In this document: one piece after another, positions 52,660 through 64,000 of the stretch
Numbering within the stretch: the stretch's first letter is position 1
Layout of the letters: the number at the start of each line of letters is the position of its first letter
From: the human T2T-CHM13v2.0 reference genome, Homo sapiens
NCBI RefSeq assembly: GCF_009914755.1
Contig: NC_060937.1
Strand: one strand, 5' to 3'
Length of the DNA: 64,000 nt
The notes under the pieces: model-generated
Told to the model about the DNA's origin: nothing
Seen by the model: the letters and a program-made list of their open reading frames with translations, nothing else
Databases searched by the model: none
Made by a program: the position numbers and the translations under genes

Positions 52660-55600
52660 ACTCACTATGCCTCTCCCTGGTACCAAAAGATAACTCAGGG
52701 TTTGTAGGATTGGTTGGCTATCGCTGGAATTAGATCCCTGGCTTTTTCACAATTGCCTGTCCTTATTTGCCATGACTAAAAGGAGACCACCTCCAGTCAC
52801 CTGACTTTGAGACTTTCCTTCCATATCTGCATTTCAAAACCTGAAGTCCTCTGTAGCCACTTCTCCCACTTGGTCTCTCCAATATTCAGTACCCCTTTCC
52901 CTTTTTTACACAAAAGAAGAGACATGCTTTAGGGGGTCCTCACCCCAAAACACAATGGAAGCCAGAGGCCTGGTTGGTAATTTAGCATCCTTTTAGACCC
53001 AGTGGCTCAAGCATTTCTCCCCTTGCTTGTATGAAGTTGCCTCTCCATCAGAGCTGACTTTATTTCTAGTCATTCACTCAACCTTTACTTACCCCGTGCA
53101 GTTCAGACATTAGAAGTCACTGAGAACACCTAACACGTTTCCGCTTCGGACTCACCTCCTGTGAAACCCTGCCACTGTCTTCCTCTCTCATCACTGTCCA
53201 CCGTAGTCAAAACAATCAAGCCACTCTTCTTCCCATTCCCTCTGAAGGACAACCTTGTGACTGAATCACCGTCACACAGTCATTCACATTTCCTCACTCT
53301 GACATCACCAGAACTCCTCTCAGAGACCTTGATATCACCTTTGTAGATGGTTCTTACCTCAGGAGTACAAATGGGGAATTTTAAGCAGGATACACTATTG
53401 CAGATTTTCAACAGCCTATTAAGTTGAAATCTCCACTTAAGTTAACATGGCCCAAATCATTGAATTCTTAAGCACTCACCCAAACTTGCATGTTAGCACA
53501 AGATAAGGGAACTAACATTTATACAGACAGCCAGTTTACTTTTGGAATTGCACGTTATTTTGGTATGCTATGGAAAGAAAGAGGTTTATGACAACTGAGG
53601 AGTACCACTCAGAACCCAACTCACTAACTTATTTAAGTCTTTTTTTTTTTTTTTTGAGATGGAGTCTCGCTCTTGTCACCCAGGCTGGAGTTGCAGTGGC
53701 GCGGTCTTGGCTCACTGCAACCTCCGCCTCCCGGGTTCAAGCGATTCTCCTGCCTCAGCCTCCTGAGTAGCTAGGATTACAGACACCCACCACCATGACC
53801 GGCTAATTTTTTTTTTTTTTTTTTTACTTTTAGTTGAGATGGGGTTTCGCCACGTTGGCCAGGCTGGTCTCAAAATCCTGACCTCAGGTAATCCACCCGC
53901 CTCGGCCTCCCAAAGTGCTGGGATTACAAGCGTGAGCCACCGCGCCCAGCCCCCCTGTTTAAGTCCTTACAGCTATCCAGAAATTAGCCATTCTCAAAAA
54001 TCAAAGCTCACACTAGTGGCTGGACTAACAAAGCTAAAGGAAACTTAACTGGCTGAAAATATGCTAAGGTTGCTGCTTCCCAAGAAAACACCTCCTGAAT
54101 CACGTGTATACTTCTCCTTGCTCAACCTACTCTAAAGACAGAAACTCTTAAGAAACTTAAGATATAACAGCTGCTAGCACCTGAGGCTGAAAAAGCAAAA
54201 AAGCAACAAGCTGGATGTTTTTTCTACTCAGATGGGCTTTGGAGACACCTAGACATCATTGATTTCTCTTGGTCCCTCACCCAAAATTTATTCTGCAGCC
54301 TCCATGAGATTACACATTATGGCAAAGAAAATCTTTCTCCGCAAATATTGTTGGGGATGCCCTAATACTGAGCAGTTAACTTCAACTTGCCCCATCTGCC
54401 AGAAACACAATCCTAGTCAACATGTAAAGTGGGACAAGCATGAGAGTCAACTCTCTCTAGTCCTTGTTTTCATTGGAAAATATATCAACTCTCAAAGTCT
54501 TATGGGTACAAATATGTTTTAACCATAGTTGGCATGTTTTCAGCATGGTTAAAAGCTTTTCTCTGTAAACAAGCTACTATCACCACTGAAGTTAACCTGA
54601 TACCAGAAAGAATTTTCCCCTCCTAGGGATCTCTGTTTTTTTTAATAACAGTGGAGGAACTCACTTCAGTAGTAAGGTTATTCAGGATCTTCAACAAGTA
54701 CTTCCAATGTTACAAAAACTGCAGTCTCCTTACCAGTCCTCTGGAAAATGAAACAAGCAGGCCAGTGGTACCGTTATATTCAAACTAGCCAAACTCTTTA
54801 AGGAACTCAACCTGCCCAGAGTCTCATGCCTAATGGCCCTTGACTCTTCTATTATCCCCAATTTCTCAGCATGTACTAAATGAAACTTAATTCTTAACAT
54901 GATTAATGAGTCTCTTGAAATCTCCAAACTCAATGACTCCACTTTTTCAGGATCAAGTGTAGGAAAAAATGTAGGAGCACTTTTATCCCTAATAATAACC
55001 ATTTTCTCTTCCACCACTTCCCAACCAGCCTTACAAACTGCGTTCAGTTCCACACAAAGACTCTGCTCTTCTGAGGGATCTACCCAGTTGTTAATCCCAG
55101 TAATTGTTAATAATTACTATACCTCAGACCCCACCTGTTTCCCCATAGGATACCACTTTTCATGCCTTCCCCAAGGGCATTTGGACTGATTGTCTGGGAC
55201 TTCAAAATATTTAAAGCTGCTATCCCACCTGTCAATGGTGTGTCCTTCTGGAATTACCTCCAAATTGAGGCAACTACAGGGAATTGGGGAAAACCTCCCA
55301 GGGATATCAATGATTCTCTTTTCATATGCACCATGAGGGCCCTTGACACCCACTATGGCATTAATACAGTTAAAAAGGATAGTTCAAAAAAAAAAGAAAA
55401 GGTAGTTCAAGCCTCTCCTTAACCTTTGTAGAAGAAAATTATACCACTTTGGCCCTAGAAGTACAGAAAATAAGTTTAAACGCACAGGTCCAAATTGTTA
55501 TGGCCAATCCTACAACTTTCAACTTCCTTCTAGCTAGACAAGGAGATATCTGTGCCATAGCCAAAATCTCTTTTTGCACTTGAATAAACACAACAGGACA

Positions 55601-56960
55601 AGTGAATGCTTAGTTACTAAACTCAAGGAAAAGGCTAGTTGGCTTTCTAAGGTAAATTCAAATAGCCTGAGGCATGTTCCCCTGGGCAAGATTTAGAAAT
55701 AGAAGACCCGGTTTTGAGCTGTATTACAAACATTACTAATTGACATAGTTTGGATATTTGTCCTCGCTCAAATCTCATGTTGAAGTGTGATCCCCAGTGT
55801 TGGAGGTGGGGCCTGGTGGGAGGTGTTTGGATCACGGGGGCGGATCCCTCATGAATGACTTGTGCTGTCTGTCCACTTGGTGATAAGTGAGCTCCCGCTT
55901 TGAGTTCCCGCAAGATCTGATCGTTTAAAAATATGTGGTACCTCCTCCACCCATTCTCTCTCTCTCTCTCTCTCTCTCTTCTTCCCTCTCTTGCTTCCGC
56001 TTTCACCATGTGACATGCCTGCTTCCTCTTCACCTTCCACCATGATTGTAAGCTTCCTGAGGCTTCCCTAGAAACTGAGCAGGTACCAGTACCATGCTTC
56101 CTGTAAAGCCTGCAGAACCGTGAGCCAATTAAACCTCTTTTCTTTATAAATTACCCAGTCTCGGGTATTTCTTTATAGCAATGAAAGAATGGCCTAATAC
56201 ACTAATTATTTTCCTGTTTGTAGTCTTATACCTTGCAGTTGGGCAGTACATCATGCCTAGTCTTAAATACTACTACACAGCTATTTGTCTTCACAAATTA
56301 TTATTCAACAATGTATCATGATCTGGTAGACCAAAGGGTGACTCTGCTTCCAACTGACTTCCCAGACAGAATTTCAATCTGAACTGACAATTTTACCCGT
56401 GGAGATCAAGATCATGGAATTAAGAAATTCCACAAAGTTTTGTTTTCCTAAATCTCCCAACTCTTTTGTGCTCTGGGAAATGGCTTACACAGTGAACCAT
56501 CCTTCCTGTATGACGTAGATGACTTTCTGTCTACTTTTTCTCATGCCTACCATAAGACTCACTGATGACCTCCCTACCTTGTTTACCTGTGAAAAGGCCA
56601 AACACAGCCTTTTCATTTTTGCCTGAACCTGCTGGCAAGACCAGACACGAGTCTCCCACTTCCTGTCATTTATATCATGAATCATTAGCTGAAGTTAGAG
56701 CTATTAGTCCACCACATGCCCCCCTCAACCCCAAACTAGCTACACAGAGAGATAAACATTTTCTGTGCAGCTGACTGAGATGTCCCCTGTTTACAAAAAC
56801 AATCCCAACTAGAAATCATTCAATTTAAAACAAGTCTACTCCTCCCTATAAACTATAAGGTCAAAGCATCTTGCCAAGCACTCTAATCTTTGAATGTGGG
56901 GTGCTCTCCCTATTGCAATAGCCTGAATAAAATCAATTTATTTGCTTGTTTGGTTGATAA
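52660..56960 (+). mobile_element. Decayed ERV1 (gamma-like) provirus: pol (RT end, RNase H, integrase), env TM, probable 3' LTR at about 56400-56960
   Basis: Hand translation gives [25 protein letters not shown] (53511-53585), CPICQKHNP (54388-54414), YKYVLTIVGMFSAWLKAFLC (from 54507) and FNFLLARQGDICAIAKISFCT*INTTGQV (from 55518). Stops and frameshifts throughout. Confidence 0.88.
55741..56201 (+). mobile_element. MSTB-type MaLR solo LTR with internal (CT)n
   Basis: tgacatagtttgg...cctaataca; 5-bp TSD CTAAT. Confidence 0.9.
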
Positions 56961-57029
56961 TGCCAAAACTTTATACCATATGCAAACTTTATACCATATG
57001 CAAAAATTAATTCAAGGTGAATATCAGTA

Positions 57030-58165
<1,136 letters not shown>

Positions 58166-58169
58166 AGAA

Positions 58170-59360
58170 CTACTGAACAGAAAAGCTAAAACTGTGAAGC
58201 TTCTAAAAGATAACACAGAAAACTATTTCAGTGACTTCAGGGTAAGCAGAGATTCTGTAGGAAACAAACCAACAAACCACTAATCATAAGAGAAAAAAAT
58301 TTGATAAACTGAATTTCATCAGAAGTAAAGTCTTCTATCAAAAGACACTGATACAAAAGGAAAACATAAATGACAGACTGGGAAAAATTTTTACTCTATA
58401 TATGCACATGACAAATGACTATCTGGAATATATATTTTGAAATATTTTACCTCAAAGAATATAATATATATTTTAAATATACTTTAAAATATGTATTCCA
58501 AATAGCCATTTGTCATGTGAAATGGGCAAAAGACTTGAAAAGACATTTCCTCAAAGAAGATATATGCACTGCTAAAAAACATGAAAAGGTCTCAACATTG
58601 TTAGTCATCAGGGGAAAGCTAATTCAAATCACAATGAAATACCATTTCACTCTCACTAGAATGGGGAAAATTTTAAAGACTAACAATACTACTTGATTAT
58701 GTGAATAATACTTGATTATGTGAAGCAACGGGAATTCTTGTACATTAATAGTCAGAGTATAATTGGCATGTTCACAATAGAAAATGTCCTGGCAGTTCTT
58801 TTACAGTTAATTAGTCAACAATTTCAACCTTAGGATTTGCCCAAAGAAAATAAAAATATATGTCCATAAAATGACTCATACAAGAATGTTCACAGTAGCT
58901 TTATTCATGATAGCCAGAAACTGGAAACTATTAAATACCCATAAACAGAAGAATGAATAAATAAATTGTGGTATATTCATGCAGTACAATACTATTAAGA
59001 AAGAAAATGAAAGAACTTTCGACTCACACGAAATGTAAATGAGCTTCAAACATTTTATGCAAAGCAAAAGAAGCCAGATATACAAGAGTACTTACTCTAT
59101 GTATGTGAAATTTCAGAACAGGGAAAATAAGGTACGGTAAATAAAAATAATAATAGAGTCTGTCACTATTGGGGCAGCAAGTAGGGGGATGGATTGCTGG
59201 ATCGACCGGAAGGGAACATGAGGAAACTTTCAGAAGTGATGGGAATGTTCTTTTCTTAATTGGGCTGGCAGTTACATAGTGTATACAATTGCCAAACCAA
59301 CTGAAATGTATTCTTCATATCTATGCATTTTATTTACTGTAGATTATACCTCAAAAGAAT
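58170..59360 (+). mobile_element. Old L1M ORF2 end and 3' UTR
   Basis: Peptide KWAKDLKRHFLKEDI...LVIRGKLIQITMKYHFTLTRM; L1 3' UTR motifs. Confidence 0.85.
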
Positions 59361-60316
59361 ACAACATCAATTTGCAAAAATTGTTCTTAGTGTAAATTTT
59401 ATTATTTTTCTTAATAGTTTATAATATATATATTGTTAGGGTGATTAGGAATTTAAAGCCAACATTGTTCTTCATATAGCAAATGACAGCAATTCCTAGT
59501 GCACAGGATGATTAAAGGGTTAAATGAAATAAATAGAAATTATTTAGAGTAGTGCCTGGCATACAATAAGTTTTTAGTAAATTATTTCCTTTATGATTAC
59601 ACATATGGTCAAAATTAACTATATATACTACCTGTTCTATTTTCTCTGAAATAAACAAGTGCACCCAAGAAGCCTTATTGACTGATCTGCTGCCTAAGGT
59701 ATTCGAGTACTTTGGTTTAGATCTTACCCTCTACCTCTCAAATTTTTAAACTCTGAATTCCCTCTTCTTTTCTGCATTTAAAAATGAAACTCTGGTCTAG
59801 GAATAGAAATAAGCATGTCATTCTGTCCTAATATGTTTTAGAGCAAGGGCTGTATATAATCTAGAGATGGTATACAAAGTCCCATCTAAATTGAATAGTC
59901 TGTTTGATTATCTGAGTGTGGAGTCCTAATACCTCCCCAGACCTACAAACACTGTAAACTAAATCCTGTACCACAGTTAGTGGTATTAAAATGGAAAACT
60001 ATATATTTTTAAAGAGGGTTAGATGAATTCATTTGTGTCATTGTTTCTGTAGACATGGATATCCACAGTATGGTGATAACAACCATACATAATGTATAGT
60101 AAAGTTTTTCTCATTTCAGTGTTCTATTTTAGATAACATAGATAATTAAAAATATGATTTTATATGTTAAGAACATATCTGAAAAAATGAAAAATGCCAA
60201 TTTACAAAATTCTACATTGATGATAAAACTTTATTCATTGGTAGTACACTAATGGATATATGTGAGACCACTGGTTTGGAGCAAACAACATGTAAACTAG
60301 AGACATGAACACATGC

Positions 60317-60738
60317 ATATTAGGCCATTTTTGCATCACTATAAAGGAAGACCTGAGGCTGGGTAATTTATAAAGAAAAGAGTTTTAATTGGCGCACAGT
60401 TCTGCAGGCTGTATGAGAAGCATTGTGCCAACATCTGCTTGGCTCCTGGTGAGGGGCTCAGGAAGCTTACAATTATGGTGGAACATGAAGGGGAGCCAGC
60501 ATGTCACATGGCTAGAGTGGGAGCAAGAGAATGATGGGGAGGGCCCGACTCTTTTAAACAACCATCTCTCCTGTGGGCTAACTGAGCAAGAACTCACTCA
60601 TCACCAAGGAGATGGTGCTAAGCCATTCATGAGGGATCCACTCCCATGATCCAATCACATCCCACCAGGCCCCACCTTCAGCATTGGGAATCACATTTCA
60701 ACATGAGATTTGGAGGGACAAACATCCAGACTATCTCA
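60317..60738 (-). mobile_element. MSTB-type MaLR LTR, antisense
   Basis: tattaggccatt...ctgggtaatttataaagaaaagag...caaacatccagactatctca. Confidence 0.85.
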
Positions 60739-61429
60739 CTGAGTATACTAAACACCTCATGTAAGTATGAGCATCTGAAGCTTTCAAAATATGAAAGATG
60801 TCTTGATTACAATAATCTGATTTTTAAATCAGGTCTTGAAACTGGACAGTCCTCTTTCTCTATAGCCAAAGTGAGTATCCCCACCATAGTCTGCACTTTA
60901 CTTATTGGCTACCACAAGAGTTTTTATGGGTCCTCTGTCCCTCAGCTGGAGTGCCTAGTGAGTGAGCCTGCCTGCTGAATGACATCTTTTCCATATTATT
61001 TAGTGGCAGCTCACCTGTTTAAAACCTGTCATAGAGTTTTGAAAATAATTTATTTTCATAATTCCTTTTAATTGTTTTTGACTGTTAGTACTTTATTGAT
61101 CCTATAGTGCTCTCAATTTCAATTTAATTTTTTAAATCTAAATTATATTTTTGAAATAAAGTTTTTTCTTCATTGTTATTCTAAAGATTTTGTGTATATG
61201 AGGTAATAAACTTGGGTTTTCCAGAAGTTTTATAAAAACCCTGAAATATTTTCAGTTTATATGTCCATTTCTTAACATTTTTCCATTAACATTTAAAAGC
61301 TGTAAAATTTATCTTTGTACTTTGGGAGACTAATAGGTCTAGCTGAATGATGTGGTTTCATTGAATCTCACTGTATCAAAGAGTATAACATATGAAATCA
61401 CTTAATTAGTTGAATAATAGATGTCTGAG

Positions 61430-61590
61430 ATTCTTGCTACTTAAGTGTGGTCTCTGGACCAGCAGCATCTGGCATTGCCTAGGAGCTAGTTAAAAGAAAT
61501 GGCCCCAGAAATACTGAGTCAAAATCTGCATTTTAAAAAGAGCTCCTGGTGATTCCTATGTATACTAAAGTTTGAGAAAAACTGTCTCAC
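61430..61590. mobile_element. MER5A-like hAT element
   Basis: aagtgtggtctctggaccagcagcatc...aatctgcatttt...aaagtttgagaa. Confidence 0.7.
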
Positions 61591-61864
61591 TGTTTGAGAT
61601 TTTTGATCTACCTTTCTTTTTGAAAGGTAAAATTGTTTCAATGACATATGTTCTTATTCTTGACATACTATGAGAAATAGACTGTCTTCATTTTTCGCTG
61701 TTTTGCACAAAGTTTAATATTCACATTTGCTTAAAAATAAAAGCACCCACAGTCCTAACTTTCACATGGTTAATAATACTTTGTTTTTAAACAAGGGATA
61801 TTAAAGTCATTTATAAGTCTTACATCACTCAATTTTACTACAATTTTTCTGAAGTAGTAGATGA

Positions 61865-62243
<379 letters not shown>

Positions 62244-62999
62244 TGACCAGTCCTAACTCAATCGTCAGTACTGTATTTCTCTTTCCAATGGGATGTGCTT
62301 ATTTTCTGTTTGGAGAGTTGAACTATCCTTTACAGGAAACCTAATATAAACTGTTCAGGTCAAGAAATGTGGTTTGATTCATCAAAAAAATATACTTGCT
62401 AGTCCTATTACCTTTAGCTGCACTTTATCGAAATTCGTAAGGATTGCCATGCCTCAGTCTTAGTATAGGCCCATTTCCTTTGCTTTGTTTCATGGATTTA
62501 AGGTTGTCATTTAGAAGTTCACTGATGGCTGCTTCTGTCTGCTGATTGAAGAAGTCTCTGAACTAGCAGATCCTTGTGGCTTCTCACCACAAAAAAAAAA
62601 TTCCTGACAAAAGAGCTATTAAAAAAACAAGTGTATATTTATTTCATTTGTTTAACTGCTACTACTTAATAGCCACAAAGGATTAATAATAATGTGGGTT
62701 TTTAATATAATGAACACAACTGATAATTTGGGAAGGATTCTCTGTTTGTAGAGCCTCTTTATACAAAATAAAAAGGTCAAAAACAACAAATGAAATCATA
62801 CCCTTTCTTAAATTGTTTAAATTAGCAGTCTGTTTTTTAAATCAGTTTTTTGTAGTTTGATTACCCAAACCTGGTGGAATTCCAACTTGACTATAAACCC
62901 AAAGCAGAAATGATAGTTCCTATAATACACAGTACACAGGAGGGGCTAAAAAACCTGACTAAACAGTAAACCTCCCAACTATTAATACCAGATCCTTCA

Positions 63000-63669
<670 letters not shown>

Positions 63670-64000
63670 TGACTTTACATAAAAGAGACCTTCATCTATT
63701 GCTTGGTGTCAACAGAACACTAGAGGAGGACTGGATCATTTCTATGTGGTTGAAAAATTGCAGTCTGTCTCTAAGAACTTGTCCAACAAAACACTCTTCT
63801 CTGCCAAAGTTACGCCTGCCTGGTACCTTTTTCACAAGTGGATCTAGCTTCATTTTCGTTTGGTGAGGCAATGGAGTTTGATGGACAGCTGGTTGTAATC
63901 CAGTGCACAGGTCATGCGCAATGAATTGAGAAATGCTTTTTTAAAAAACTAGTTTTATCTATCTACAGAGACCAGAGACCAACAGAGAATGAGTAGCAGC

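Noticed and set aside
56964-57005. Short tandem duplication caaactttataccatatg (similar one near 58690)
   Set aside because: Ordinary slippage duplication in decayed repeat sequence; two copies only, not an array.

Overview
Human (primate) genomic DNA, very dense in Alu, L1 and LTR repeats. I recognise it as the WBP4-KBTBD6 interval on chr13q14; that identification is from memory of the protein sequences, not a database search. Only two protein-coding segments are supportable: the last coding exon and 3' UTR of WBP4 (+, 1853-2063) and the intronless BTB-BACK-Kelch gene KBTBD6 (-, ATG at 51635, 674 aa), which has a CpG-island promoter carrying two oppositely oriented ZNF143-type motifs. Also present are a full-length 7SL pseudogene, the MIR-derived MIR3168 locus, a decayed ERV1 pol-env provirus next to the KBTBD6 promoter, and many nested transposon insertions with readable target-site duplications (TSDs). 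Almost all other listed ORFs are Alu/L1/LTR artefacts. I found no convincing new multi-gene system. The best leads are small-scale: a 60-bp H/ACA-snoRNA-like insert inside an Alu, a MGSCCC uORF and an open in-frame N-terminal extension in the KBTBD6 leader, near-identity of the miR-3168 mature sequence to an Illumina adapter, and a tailless Alu insertion. Repeat subfamily names are by eye and repeat boundaries are approximate unless a TSD is quoted.
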